Assembly (NCBI GenBank): GCA_965248575.1
Contig: CBDFJQ010000002.1
Coordinates: forward strand, 3,968,001-4,032,000
Direction: 5' to 3'
Length of the DNA stretch: 64,000 nt
Source of the DNA: Planctomycetota bacterium
GTDB lineage: Bacteria; Planctomycetota; B15-G4
A model generated the notes under the pieces. The model did no database searches. It was not told the DNA's origin and saw only the letters and a list, made by a program, of their open reading frames with translations. Below, in pieces: positions 27,872 to 37,872 of the stretch. A program made the position numbers and the translations under genes. The stretch's first letter is position 1. Each line of letters begins with the position of its first letter.

Positions 27872-27951
27872 CTTCATGCTGCGGTACGCTTGGTGTGAGC
27901 ATTGCCCGACCGGTTGTTGGTGTCTGGTACCTGTTGAGCGGAGGAGCCGTG

Positions 27952-28293
27952 GTGAGCCCATCCAAGAAAGACCCCACAGAGCCCATCTGCAAGGCCGCCG
28001 GCAAGTACGCAGGCGTGGATGAAGGGACCGCCTGCACTCAGACCTCCTTCAAGGCGGGCAAGAAGGCCTTCCTCTACATCGGCTCGGCCAAGGGGCGCTT
28101 CAAGGCGATGTTCAAGTTGGACGCGTCCTTGAAGGAGGCGGCTGCCCTTGCGAAGAAGCGCCCCGAGGACTTCGAGGTGGGGTCGATGGGTTGGGTGACG
28201 GCGCGTTTCACTGCGGAGGAACCCCTGCCCAAGACCCTTTGGAAGGCGTGGCTCGATGAAAGCTACGCGCTCAGCGCGAAGAAGCCTCGCTAG
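27952..28293 (+). CDS. MmcQ/YjbR-like DNA-binding protein
   Basis: SFKAGKKAFLYI, GWVTARF, WLDESYAL; GAGGAG RBS before GTG. Confidence 0.7.
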   Translation: MSPSKKDPTEPICKAAGKYAGVDEGTACTQTSFKAGKKAFLYIGSAKGRFKAMFKLDASLKEAAALAKKRPEDFEVGSMGWVTARFTAEEPLPKTLWKAWLDESYALSAKKPR

Positions 28294-28409
28294 GGCTGCT
28301 GCGGCAGCTGGTCCCGCCCAACTGGACAAGGCGTAGCTGATTCAAAGCATCTCGATTAGGATCGCTCGTCCTCTGGTGCGGCTTGCAGTCGCCGGAGCGC
28401 TCCTGTCCG

Positions 28410-29807
28410 ATGAGTCTGCTCATGCATGTCTTGCGTCCGCTCGTGATGGTCACCGCCTTGCTGCTCCCCTGCGCTTCGACCCTAGCGCTGCAAGAGAGCA
28501 CAGGAGGGAGTCAGCCCGTCATCACTGTCCAAGGGCAGGCGTTCCAGACCTGGGATGACTACAAGAGTTCGGCTTTGTTTCGCGAAGCTGGTCTGCGCTG
28601 CAAGCTCGTGCACGAAAGTGGGGAGGCCTACACACAGGCCGACCCCTCGGACTGCACCTACAACTTCACCAACCCCTCGTCTGAGTACGCACCCACGAGC
28701 TTGGTGGAGATCCCGGTCGTGGTGCATTGCATGTACAAGGTCGATGGCACAGGCTTCGTGCCCGAGACAGCGATCAAGAGCCAGATCCTGCAGTTGAACG
28801 AACGCTTTCGTGCGTTCAGTGGGAGTGTGGGTGGCGCAGGTGTGGATGCCTTGATCCAGTTCCACCTGGCGACCGAAGATCCGAACGGACTGCCCACCGA
28901 CGGCATCCAGTACCGCGCCAATGACCAGTGGTACAGCGATGGGGGCCAGTACTGGAACACCCTGGCCTGGGACACCAATCGCTACCTGAACATCTATCTC
29001 AACAATGCGGGCGGCTTCCTGGGCTATGTGCCCGCGCTTCCGCAGCAGGGTTCTCCCGCCGGGAACAACCTGGACCGCGTGGTGGTGCAGTGGTCCACCG
29101 TGGGAGCCAATGCGCCGATCGGCTTCCCCTATGACCAAGGCACGATCGCAGCGCACGAGGTCGGGCACTACCTCGGCCTGTTTCACACCTTCAACGGCGG
29201 CTGCGCGTCCCAGGGCGGCTGCGCGTCGAACGGCGATCGCGTCTGCGACACGCCACCCTCCAGCTCGTCGGCCTTCGTGTGTGACCCCGTCGACAGTTGT
29301 GGGGTGCCCGACCCGTTCGAGAACTACATGAGCTACGGCGACCCGTGCATGACGGGCTTCACCGCCGAGCAGATCCTGCGCATGCGTTGCAGCATCGAGC
29401 ACTACCGCCCGAACCTGGCGCTGAGCAAGGCGCCGGGCACTTGGACTGACCTGGGCGGAGGCACCAGTGGTGCCGCGGGAGATCCCACCCTGGCGGGAGA
29501 GGGGCTGCTGATCGGCGGCTCCATCGCCACGCTCGATCTTGTGAACGCGCCTAACAACGCCCTGCTTCTGGCCTGGATTTCGTTCACGTCCGTGCCAGCG
29601 ACCTTCTTTGGCGGAACGGTGCACGCGACGCCCTTCGCCAACCAGTTCTTGTTCTTCGCCGATGCGGCGGGCGAGTTCTCGGCCTACACCAACTGGCCTG
29701 AAGGCCTGCCGCCCGGTACGGAGGCCTGGTTCCAGTTCCTGGTGCAGGATCCGTCCGTCGTCTGGGGCATCACTCTGTCGAACGGCCTCAAGGCGACCAC
29801 GCCCTAG
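28410..29807 (+). CDS. Secreted M43 (ulilysin/pappalysin-like) zinc metalloprotease + shared C-terminal domain
   Basis: HEVGHYLGLFHTF, DRVCDTPP, ENYMSY Met-turn, pro-domain RC motif, signal peptide. Confidence 0.92.
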   Translation: MSLLMHVLRPLVMVTALLLPCASTLALQESTGGSQPVITVQGQAFQTWDDYKSSALFREAGLRCKLVHESGEAYTQADPSDCTYNFTNPSSEYAPTSLVEIPVVVHCMYKVDGTGFVPETAIKSQILQLNERFRAFSGSVGGAGVDALIQFHLATEDPNGLPTDGIQYRANDQWYSDGGQYWNTLAWDTNRYLNIYLNNAGGFLGYVPALPQQGSPAGNNLDRVVVQWSTVGANAPIGFPYDQGTIAAHEVGHYLGLFHTFNGGCASQGGCASNGDRVCDTPPSSSSAFVCDPVDSCGVPDPFENYMSYGDPCMTGFTAEQILRMRCSIEHYRPNLALSKAPGTWTDLGGGTSGAAGDPTLAGEGLLIGGSIATLDLVNAPNNALLLAWISFTSVPATFFGGTVHATPFANQFLFFADAAGEFSAYTNWPEGLPPGTEAWFQFLVQDPSVVWGITLSNGLKATTP

Positions 29808-29832
29808 GAGCGACTCACCACGGGATGGGCCG

Positions 29833-31968
29833 CTAGGGCGCGGTGCTCTTCACGCCATTGCTGAGGGAACCCCCGAAGACGGGGACCGAGGCATCCACCA
29901 CGGCAGCCTGGATCCAGGCTTGCAGACCGCTGGGGATACCCGAGGGCCACGGTGCAGTCGTCGTCCACGCCCCGAGGGCATCGGTGGAGAACGCAAAGCT
30001 GTTGAGCAGCGGGAAGGCGTGCAGGGTGCCGCCCAGGAAGGACGCCGGCGCCGAGGCGCCCGATAGGAACAGGAAGCCGAGGGCGTTGGGCGCTGCCTGG
30101 CTCACGAACATCTTGAGCGGCGACCCGGCCTCTTGGGTGCCGACGCCGATGAGCTGTGGTGGACCCAGCACTCCCAGCGTGCCGCCGCCGAGCACATCCC
30201 AGGTGGCGAAGTCCCCCTTCTGGATCGTGAAGCCGTCGTTGACGCTGCCCGTGGAGTCGAGGAACTGCACCTGGAGTTGGAGGTCGTCCACGTCGATGAC
30301 GAGCGAGCCGAGAGTCTCCTCGGAGTGGTGCATGGCCGGGTGCACGCCATCGGGTGTACTCGTCTTGCCCGAGCTTCCCGCCACGCAGTAGACCGTGCCG
30401 TTGTGGGCGCCGAAGGCCTTGTTGTAGGCGCCGTCGCCTGCGGTCGCTCCATCTCCCGGGTCCTTCTTCTTGCTGTCGACGAAGCTGGAGCTGAGCCCGT
30501 AGTGCCGGTCGAGCAGAAAGCTGCGCTCGAAGCTGTGACTGTGTCCGCCGAGCACCAGATCCACGCCGTTGGCTTCCAAGAGCGGGAGGAAGTTCTGGCG
30601 CATGAGCATCAACTTGTTGTCGGTGTCCGAATCGTGAGAGCCCTTGGTGTAGGGCGGGTGGTGCCAATAGGCGATGACCCAGTCCTGGTTGGTGGACGCG
30701 AGGTCTGCGCCCAGCCAGGTCCACATGGCGCCGCCCATGGTCAGCGTCGAACTCTCCGAGTCGAGGCAGATGAAGTGCACATTGGCGTAGTCGAAGCTGT
30801 AGTACAGCTCGGTGCCGGACGGCATGCCGCCTGCTTCACCGTTGGAAGGCAAGCTGAACGTCCCTGCATAGACGCCGGTGGTGTCGTGGTTGCCGCGCGT
30901 GGGCCAGACCACGCTTTGGCGAAGCATGCTGGGGTAGGTGTCGTAGACGGCGTTCTGGTACTCAAGCAGGGTGCCGTCCGTGTAGGCATTGTCGCCGAGC
31001 ATCAGCCACAGGTCGGTGTGTTGGGAGCCGGTGAAGTTGGCGTAGGCGTCACGCACTGAGGCAGCCAGGCTGTCCGCGGTGCCCGAGTCGCCGATGGCCC
31101 AGACACGGATGGGCGTCGGGCTGCCAGGCAGCGGGGCCGTCATGAAGGTGTGGGTAGCGTCGGGGCCGGCGAGTTCGTCGCTGGCGCTGCCTACCGAGTA
31201 CCAGTAGCGGGTGGCGGGTGCGAGGCCGGTCAGCGTGATCAGGTGGCTGCTGATCACGACGGCATTCGACGCGTTGCTGGTGAGCACTCCCGGAGCCGTG
31301 CCGTAGCGCACCACGGAATCCGTGGGGTCGTCGGTGTTCCAACGCAGGACCATGCTGTCGGAGGTTCCGAGTTGGAGGTAGGGGCCGCGGATGACGAATT
31401 GCTTGTCCGTTGCGCGCAGGTCGAGGTCAAAGCTGATGTCAGAACTCGTGCCGTCAATCTGGTGCACCTCCACGGCTATGAGGTTGTTGCCCGGCAGCAG
31501 GTCTGACGGCGAGAGGTCGATGACCCGGAACACGTCCTCATCCGAACCGCTTTGGGAAGCGAGCGCCCCCGTGTCGAAAGCGATGAGCCCCACCGGCATG
31601 TTGCTACGAGCAACCTCAAGGCCGTTGAGGAAGACCACTGCCCCGTCGTCACGCGCCAAGCGCAGCCGCAGCTTGGTGTAGGCAGCCGGGTTCGGCACCG
31701 AGAATCCGTGCCGGAAGTATGTCGTGATGTGTTTGTCGTCGGGGTCAGCGCCAAAGGAAAGAGGGGTGATCTCGTCCTGGTCGCCGTAACCCAGGTGAGC
31801 AGGGCCCATGCCCCAAGCACTGTCATTGAAGGCGGGTGCAACCCAGCTCGAGCCTTGATCACTCCCGTCGTCGAGGTAGCGCCAGGTGGCGCCGCGCGGG
31901 ATGAGGACATCCGTGGCCATGAGGGCCGGGCTGAGGGCAAGGACGACGAGGATCGCGGCGAATCTCAT
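29833..31968 (-). CDS. Secreted purple acid phosphatase-like metallophosphoesterase (with N-terminal beta-sandwich and FN3-like domains) + shared C-terminal domain
   Basis: GDSG, GDNAY, GNHD, HHPPY and GHSH motifs; signal peptide. Confidence 0.92.
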   Translation of the reverse strand: MRFAAILVVLALSPALMATDVLIPRGATWRYLDDGSDQGSSWVAPAFNDSAWGMGPAHLGYGDQDEITPLSFGADPDDKHITTYFRHGFSVPNPAAYTKLRLRLARDDGAVVFLNGLEVARSNMPVGLIAFDTGALASQSGSDEDVFRVIDLSPSDLLPGNNLIAVEVHQIDGTSSDISFDLDLRATDKQFVIRGPYLQLGTSDSMVLRWNTDDPTDSVVRYGTAPGVLTSNASNAVVISSHLITLTGLAPATRYWYSVGSASDELAGPDATHTFMTAPLPGSPTPIRVWAIGDSGTADSLAASVRDAYANFTGSQHTDLWLMLGDNAYTDGTLLEYQNAVYDTYPSMLRQSVVWPTRGNHDTTGVYAGTFSLPSNGEAGGMPSGTELYYSFDYANVHFICLDSESSTLTMGGAMWTWLGADLASTNQDWVIAYWHHPPYTKGSHDSDTDNKLMLMRQNFLPLLEANGVDLVLGGHSHSFERSFLLDRHYGLSSSFVDSKKKDPGDGATAGDGAYNKAFGAHNGTVYCVAGSSGKTSTPDGVHPAMHHSEETLGSLVIDVDDLQLQVQFLDSTGSVNDGFTIQKGDFATWDVLGGGTLGVLGPPQLIGVGTQEAGSPLKMFVSQAAPNALGFLFLSGASAPASFLGGTLHAFPLLNSFAFSTDALGAWTTTAPWPSGIPSGLQAWIQAAVVDASVPVFGGSLSNGVKSTAP

Positions 31969-32885
31969 GGCGTGTCTCGGGCAGGGAGCGCTGAGCCGGT
32001 GGGTGCGGGGGCGACGGGTGCGGGGGCGACGGGAGCCGGAGCGGCAAGCGCCGCCGAAAGCTGAGCCTCAAGGGCCTGTGCTTGGGCGTTCATGCGTCGA
32101 TGGGGTTTGAGGGTGTCGAGAGCAGCGCGGGCCGCCAACCAGGCCTCACGCGCTCGAGCGTGGCGTCCCGCTTCCGCCAGAAGATCTCCCGTCTGCTTCA
32201 ACCAGTGTTCCTTTCGCGGCGCGATGTTGGTGAGAGTCTCAAGTCGGGCCAAGGCGGCGTCCCAGCGAGCCGCAGCCCGCTCCAGTTCGATGGCGCGCAG
32301 CTGCAAGGCGGGCACGGGGCCGAGTTGCAGGATGCCAGCGTCCAGGGTGTCGAGCGCGGCTTCGATCGAGCTGGACGCCTCCGTCATCGAGTCGGTGGGG
32401 GCGGCCGTCAGCTGCGCTTTCACCAGTTGCAGATAGTGCTCGGGTGCCGGTTGAGTGTGGAGGGCGAGGCTCCGGGTGCGCAGGGCCAGCTCCTGCCGCG
32501 TGTCCCCGAGGCCACGGGCACACTCCGCCAGCAGCGTCAGCGATTCGGCATCCTCTCCGCGTGCTTGGATGTGTCGCTCGAGACTGGCCCGGGCTGCTGG
32601 CCACCAACCCACATCCAGCAACAATCGCGCACGTGCCAACTCCAGGTCTTCGTGGTCCGGGTCGGCCTTCCCCGCGTGGATCAGGTCTTCGAAGGCGTGC
32701 TCCCAGTGTTCGAGTTGCCGATGCACCTCTGCCCGCTTGAGGAAGAGGTCGGCGCGGGGCCCGCTTTCTTCCAGTTGATTGCCGAGCCGCTCGACGCGCT
32801 CATCGAGGCCGTCATGGGCGAGGGCCATGGGCGTCAGCCCCCAGGTACCGAGACTCACGACAAACAAGAGGACACAGCGCTGCAC
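31965..32885 (-). CDS. Exported TPR protein coupled to the phosphatase gene
   Basis: Signal peptide ending ALA-H; TPR helices; ATGA overlap with the downstream gene; APVAP repeat tail. Confidence 0.8.
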   Translation of the reverse strand: MQRCVLLFVVSLGTWGLTPMALAHDGLDERVERLGNQLEESGPRADLFLKRAEVHRQLEHWEHAFEDLIHAGKADPDHEDLELARARLLLDVGWWPAARASLERHIQARGEDAESLTLLAECARGLGDTRQELALRTRSLALHTQPAPEHYLQLVKAQLTAAPTDSMTEASSSIEAALDTLDAGILQLGPVPALQLRAIELERAAARWDAALARLETLTNIAPRKEHWLKQTGDLLAEAGRHARAREAWLAARAALDTLKPHRRMNAQAQALEAQLSAALAAPAPVAPAPVAPAPTGSALPARDTP

Positions 32886-33021
32886 GGTGGATCGCCTGTC
32901 AGGTAGGGGAGAGAAGGGAACGGGAGGGGGCGACGGACAGCGATCCTAACGGGGATCGCGCTGGCCGCCCAGCCGAGCCCTGGGTGCCCAGAGCCTGATC
33001 GGGGAGTGGTACCTTCCACAG

Positions 33022-33393
33022 ATGACAGCGAGCCACACTCCTGAAGGACGCGTCTATGAGTCCGTACGCGAGATCCTCCTGGCGCTGCCCGGGGTGGAAG
33101 AGGGGACCTGCTACGGCACGGCAGCTTTTCGCGTCCGGAAGAAGCTGCTGACCCGGCTCTGGGAAGACGCTGAGACCCTGGTGGTCCGTGTGGATGAGCA
33201 GCATCGGGTCGCGCTCTTGAAGGCAGACCCGGAGACGTTCTTCATCACGGAACACTACGCCGGCACGCCGAGTCTCTTGGTGCGCCTCAAGCAGGTCGAA
33301 CGGCAGGCGCTACAGGACGTTCTGCTTCACTCCTGGCGCCGCAGTGCTCCGGTGAAGCTGATTGAAGAGTTCGACCGAGGGAGATCCCCATGA
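33022..33393 (+). CDS. MmcQ/YjbR family protein
   Basis: LALPGVEEGTCYGTAAFRVRKK, DPETFFITEHY, SWRRSAP. Confidence 0.88.
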   Translation: MTASHTPEGRVYESVREILLALPGVEEGTCYGTAAFRVRKKLLTRLWEDAETLVVRVDEQHRVALLKADPETFFITEHYAGTPSLLVRLKQVERQALQDVLLHSWRRSAPVKLIEEFDRGRSP

Positions 33394-33779
33394 CACGCAG
33401 CGAGCAGCCGCCGATCGAGGTCATCACCGCCTACGTGATGGGCGTTGCGCTGCCCGTGCTGGAGACGGCGAGGCGCGGCGCGGATTTCAGCGATCTGCCG
33501 GCCTATGTGGACGACTTCCTCGTGGGCGCCCTGCTGCTGGTGGCGGCTCGGGCCGCCCATGCCAAGCGGCCCCACGGGTTGGCCTTGCTGGCCGCCGCGT
33601 GGGGTGTGCTCTGCGGGGGGATCTACTACAGCGTGTTCGGACAGCTGGCCAGCACGACCGCCTATGACATCTCAGGCTTGCCGCATGGGGCCGTCATCGG
33701 CATGAAGCTCGCCATGGCCTCTCTCGCGCTGAACGGCCTGGTGCTCAGCGTGCGGCGTGCCGGGCGGGAGGCAACATGA
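33390..33779 (+). CDS. Membrane protein (about 4 TM segments)
   Basis: ATGA overlaps on both sides; hydrophobic segments. Confidence 0.75.
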   Translation: MTRSEQPPIEVITAYVMGVALPVLETARRGADFSDLPAYVDDFLVGALLLVAARAAHAKRPHGLALLAAAWGVLCGGIYYSVFGQLASTTAYDISGLPHGAVIGMKLAMASLALNGLVLSVRRAGREAT

Positions 33780-34156
33780 GCGCCCAGGATGATGTCATCC
33801 CCCTGACGCAACGCGCGGCGGCCCTGACGGAGCGTTGGTCTCCTTCTATCGTGGGCCGTGTGAACGACCAGTACATCAAGGTCGCGAAGATCATGGGGGA
33901 CCTGGCGTGGCACAAACACGACGCTGAGGATGAGATGTTCCTCGTGCTCAAGGGGCAGCTGCGGATCGAGTACGAGGACAGGGTCGTGGAGCTGGCCGCG
34001 GGCGATTGCCACGTGGTGCCACGCGGCGTGATGCACAACCCCGTGTGTGATCAGGAGTGTCTGGTGGTGCTCGTCGAGACGGTTACGACGCAACACACCG
34101 GCGACCTGATCCTGGAAAAGACCAGGTCCATCGACGAGCAGCTGGGCCGGGGCTAG
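33776..34156 (+). CDS. Cupin domain protein
   Basis: WHKHDAEDEMFLV..G and VVPRGVMHNP motifs. Confidence 0.9.
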   Translation: MSAQDDVIPLTQRAAALTERWSPSIVGRVNDQYIKVAKIMGDLAWHKHDAEDEMFLVLKGQLRIEYEDRVVELAAGDCHVVPRGVMHNPVCDQECLVVLVETVTTQHTGDLILEKTRSIDEQLGRG

Positions 34157-37100
34157 TGCGAGTCCTCGGAGCTGACCTGGACGTCGATCAGGTCGACGTC
34201 CGGCTCCGGCATGGGCTCTTCGTCCATCGGCCGGAAGACCAGCACGACGTCCTCATCGCTGTCGGTGATGCGCAGGGTGATCTCCTCCATCTCCGAGCCG
34301 ATGTCGCTGTACAGGGTGAAGGTCCAGGTGCCTGGAGACAGGTCGTTGAAGCCGAACTTGTTGCCGTCGCTCGTGTCCGGGCGCGCTGCGACTTCGGAGC
34401 CGGTGTCGGACTCGGCCGTCAGCCACATCCAATCAGCAGGGCGCTCCACGTCTTCCAACACCACGACTCCAGAGAAGCTGAGGCCGGCCCGCAGGCGCAG
34501 CACCAGGTTGTTGGGGCCGGAGGCACGGGAGACAAAGAAGGGCTCCGAGCTGAGCTTGGCGAAGCCTTCTCCTTCGGCCTGCGCCGAGTAGGTGCCCTCG
34601 GCGACGGGCGTGAATTCGAAGAAGCCGTCGGCGTCCGTGGCGGACATGTGCCGGCGCCTCATCCACATGGTGGCCTTGTCCTGCTTGTCTTCGCTGACCA
34701 GGACCACGGCCGTGCCTGCCAAGGGGCGGCCGTCGACGTCTGACAACACCCGCCCGCGCACCTCTCCCGTGGTGATGGCCAGGTCCACGAACTCGTGGGC
34801 TGCCTCCTCGAGTTCGAGGTTGATCACGTCCACGGCACCTCCACCAGCGAACATGCCCGCATGGCCTTCGGGGCTGAACATGAGCGTCACGTTGCCGGTG
34901 GCCAGCTGGCCCATGTTGAAGCGGCCGCCGGGGCCTGTGCTGACCGATCGACGGATCTCACCCCAGGTGCGCACCTTCCAACCCTCTGCTGGTTGCCCAT
35001 TCACGATCAAGCGACCTTCGACGCTGCCGGTGGCAATGTTCGCCGTCGTGTTGCCCACGATGAGCAGCACTTCGGAGTCCTGGCCAGGCGTGACGTAGGA
35101 CTTGGCCTCCGCCATGGGAGTCATGGCGAAGGGCTCCCACCACGACGTGAGGTTCGCGAGGTCGATGCGCTCCCGGGCCGAAACCTCCACGTCTCCTTCG
35201 GGCACGTTGTAGAAGGTGAAGTTTCCGTCGGGCGCCATCAGGGTCATGCGCGGCATCTGGTCACCCGTGGCCACATCGCCTTCGTGCACCAGCGTGATCA
35301 TCAGCAGCTCGGTGGGAGGCTCGCCGTTGTCCACGACCCTGCCCATGAGCGTGCCGCCGCCCGCCAGGACCAGCTCCACAGGAGCCTCGGCCGGTACCTC
35401 GGCGACTTCCTTTGCGATGGCGAAGCCGGGGAACTCAGCCTCGACTCGGTACGCGCCATCGATGATGTCCTCGAAGGTGGCGTACCCGTCCTCGTCCGTG
35501 CGCTGGCTCGAGATGGGGCGGTCGTTGCTCTCCTGCTCGAAGACGTAGACGAGCGCGTGTTCCAACGGGTCGATGTCCTCGGCCTCTGCCAACACGCGCA
35601 CCCGGAGTTGCTTGCCGGTCTGCAAGGTCATGCTGCGCTCGGCGTCCTCCCAGTCCAGCTGGACGACCTCTCGCAACATGCCGTAACCGGGGGCGTAGAC
35701 GATCAGGTCCCACATGCCCGGCGCCAGCCCCTCGAAGACGTATCGCTCAAACTCATCCTTGGTGACGAGGCGATCCAGGGAGCTGGGCGGGAACATGAAG
35801 TCCGGCATGTCCTCGGCATCGTCATCGGGAAGGTTCCGTCCCAGGAAACGCGCCCCGGCCACCTTCTCGCCGCTCTCGTTGAGCAAGGTGAGCGTCAGAG
35901 TGCGTTTAGCAGGTAGCACGACCTTGGCGGGTACATTTCCCGGGGTGGCCGTGTTGCTGGGGACGAAGCTGTCGCCGCTCTCTTCGCGTGCCACGGCGTG
36001 GGCGGTGCGAGGTGCCAGCCCCGAGATGGCGAAGCGGCCTTCGGCGTCGGCAGTGACCGGCGGGCGCAGGATGGTGACGGGGCCCATGGCCATGGTGTTG
36101 CCAGCCATGACCTCGGCGCCAGGGACGGGCTTGTCGTCCGCCGTGACCACTTGCCCCTCGAGGGTGAACCCGTCAGGCATGGTCATGTCGCCCATGTCCC
36201 GGGTCGTGCCGGGAGAGCCGCTGGGGCTGGCGGCTGTCACCACCGTCAGGTGCACGTTGTCGTCAAGGATCAGCGTGATCAGGCCCTGGGGCACACCGGG
36301 TAACTCGAACAGGCCCTTTGAATCGGTGTGTGTGGTGGGCACCGGCAACATCTTCTCCAGGCGCGCCATGGAGGCAGGGGGCGAGTAGGTGAACATCCCG
36401 ATGTCCGCGTCGCCCGTGTCCACCAGCACGCCGCCGCCCATGCGGAAGTCCGCGACCCCCGAGGCCACGGCGATGCTCGGCAAGTTGGTGGCGCGGACGC
36501 GCACACCGGGCATCGGTTCCTGGTTCTCGTCGATCACCCGACCGATGTAGTTCACACCCGCGAGCAGCACGATGTCGCCCAGATCCCGCTCGTCGCCGGA
36601 CACCGGGCTCTCTTCCATGACGTGCATGGCGGAACGCGGGCCGCCCGGGTCGAGCACCAAGACCCCCAGCACGCGGGTCGGGATTCCAGGCATTCGGAAG
36701 CGGCCGTCTTCACCCGTGATGTCCGAGCCGAGGATCGGATCGAAGGAGATGGGGGCGCCGAAGTCCCCGCCGCGTGCCGAACTGATGGCGGCGTCCATTG
36801 CCAGCGGCAGGGTGCTCAACCCACCTGCGACGAGCGACACCCGGAAGTCGGGGACAGGCGTGCCATCCATTTCCACGATGCGTCCCGTCAGCCCACCCAA
36901 GGCCTTGGCGTAGCGTTCCGGCAGGACGTTCTCGGTGGCCTCCAGCTCGTTGTCCAAGCTGGCGATGCTCAGCGGCTTGGCTTCCACAGGCTGGTCGCGA
37001 CCGGTCGGAAGATCGGGGGCCACGGCCGGAAGTTCTGTCCCGCCCTGAGGGGCGATGACGGAGGTCCTCATGCCCTCGCCGTTGGACGAGCTGTCGTCCT

Positions 37101-37170
37101 CGAGCAGTAGCCAGACGCCTGCGACCACGATCAGGGCCATGCCGGCAAGGATCCACGGAAGTGGTTTCAT
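34153..37170 (-). CDS. Membrane-anchored protein with multiple carboxypeptidase-regulatory-like (transthyretin/Cna-B-like) domains
   Basis: N-terminal TM; repeated G.V.D..G.P..GA.V ... TD..G.F....P.G.Y motifs. Confidence 0.85.
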   Translation of the reverse strand: MKPLPWILAGMALIVVAGVWLLLEDDSSSNGEGMRTSVIAPQGGTELPAVAPDLPTGRDQPVEAKPLSIASLDNELEATENVLPERYAKALGGLTGRIVEMDGTPVPDFRVSLVAGGLSTLPLAMDAAISSARGGDFGAPISFDPILGSDITGEDGRFRMPGIPTRVLGVLVLDPGGPRSAMHVMEESPVSGDERDLGDIVLLAGVNYIGRVIDENQEPMPGVRVRATNLPSIAVASGVADFRMGGGVLVDTGDADIGMFTYSPPASMARLEKMLPVPTTHTDSKGLFELPGVPQGLITLILDDNVHLTVVTAASPSGSPGTTRDMGDMTMPDGFTLEGQVVTADDKPVPGAEVMAGNTMAMGPVTILRPPVTADAEGRFAISGLAPRTAHAVAREESGDSFVPSNTATPGNVPAKVVLPAKRTLTLTLLNESGEKVAGARFLGRNLPDDDAEDMPDFMFPPSSLDRLVTKDEFERYVFEGLAPGMWDLIVYAPGYGMLREVVQLDWEDAERSMTLQTGKQLRVRVLAEAEDIDPLEHALVYVFEQESNDRPISSQRTDEDGYATFEDIIDGAYRVEAEFPGFAIAKEVAEVPAEAPVELVLAGGGTLMGRVVDNGEPPTELLMITLVHEGDVATGDQMPRMTLMAPDGNFTFYNVPEGDVEVSARERIDLANLTSWWEPFAMTPMAEAKSYVTPGQDSEVLLIVGNTTANIATGSVEGRLIVNGQPAEGWKVRTWGEIRRSVSTGPGGRFNMGQLATGNVTLMFSPEGHAGMFAGGGAVDVINLELEEAAHEFVDLAITTGEVRGRVLSDVDGRPLAGTAVVLVSEDKQDKATMWMRRRHMSATDADGFFEFTPVAEGTYSAQAEGEGFAKLSSEPFFVSRASGPNNLVLRLRAGLSFSGVVVLEDVERPADWMWLTAESDTGSEVAARPDTSDGNKFGFNDLSPGTWTFTLYSDIGSEMEEITLRITDSDEDVVLVFRPMDEEPMPEPDVDLIDVQVSSEDSH

Positions 37171-37383
37171 GGGAGAGCTCCAAGACCCCGATTCAGGTGC
37201 TCAAGCAGAGAGGCCCAGGAGAGGGCCTTGCCCGGAGAGCCACGCCGAAGCTGCCCAACATACCCCACAGCGGCTTTCGTCACGGTGGCGGACTGACGAC
37301 CTGTGCGAGGCGGATTCATCGACCGAAACCAGGCAGGCCACGCGAGGTTCTGTGCGGGGCAGAACACCCCGCTGAGGAAGCGT

Positions 37384-37806
37384 ATGATTCGGCCCGTGAA
37401 GATCTCCTTGCTTGCTTGTCTGCTGATGCTCGCCGCCACGTCCTGTGGCGTCCTCGACCCCCGTTTGCCCGCTGTTCCGCCGCCGCCCAGCTTGTTGCCC
37501 GGCCTCGTGCTGCTCGAGGTGCCCATGGACGATGTGAACGAGTTGGCCCAGCACTCGGTGCGGGAGCGACGCGACGAGCACCTGCCCTACCTGGACCAGA
37601 CCAAGCCCGACCAGGTGCGGCGCATCCTGGCGGGGCAGATCACGGTCGGCATGAACGAACTCGAGGTGGTGCTGACGATGCTGTCCCATCCGACCCGTGT
37701 ACGGAACACGGCCCCCCCAGGCGGCTTCTCCTATCTCTGGGAACCCCACCGCTACTTCGTGCGCTTTGATGCGGCAGGCGGAGCGGTCCAGGCAGGGCGC
37801 TACTAG
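37384..37806 (+). CDS. Small lipoprotein
   Basis: Lipobox AATSC; ITVGMN..EV motif reminiscent of BamE/SmpA-like folds; start is ATG 37384 or GTG 37396. Confidence 0.7.
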   Translation: MIRPVKISLLACLLMLAATSCGVLDPRLPAVPPPPSLLPGLVLLEVPMDDVNELAQHSVRERRDEHLPYLDQTKPDQVRRILAGQITVGMNELEVVLTMLSHPTRVRNTAPPGGFSYLWEPHRYFVRFDAAGGAVQAGRY

Positions 37807-37872
37807 GCGCTGGGGACCCGCGGTCCCCGATCTGGGGCTACTCTGAAGGACGCTCATCTCCCGGAGCCCTTC

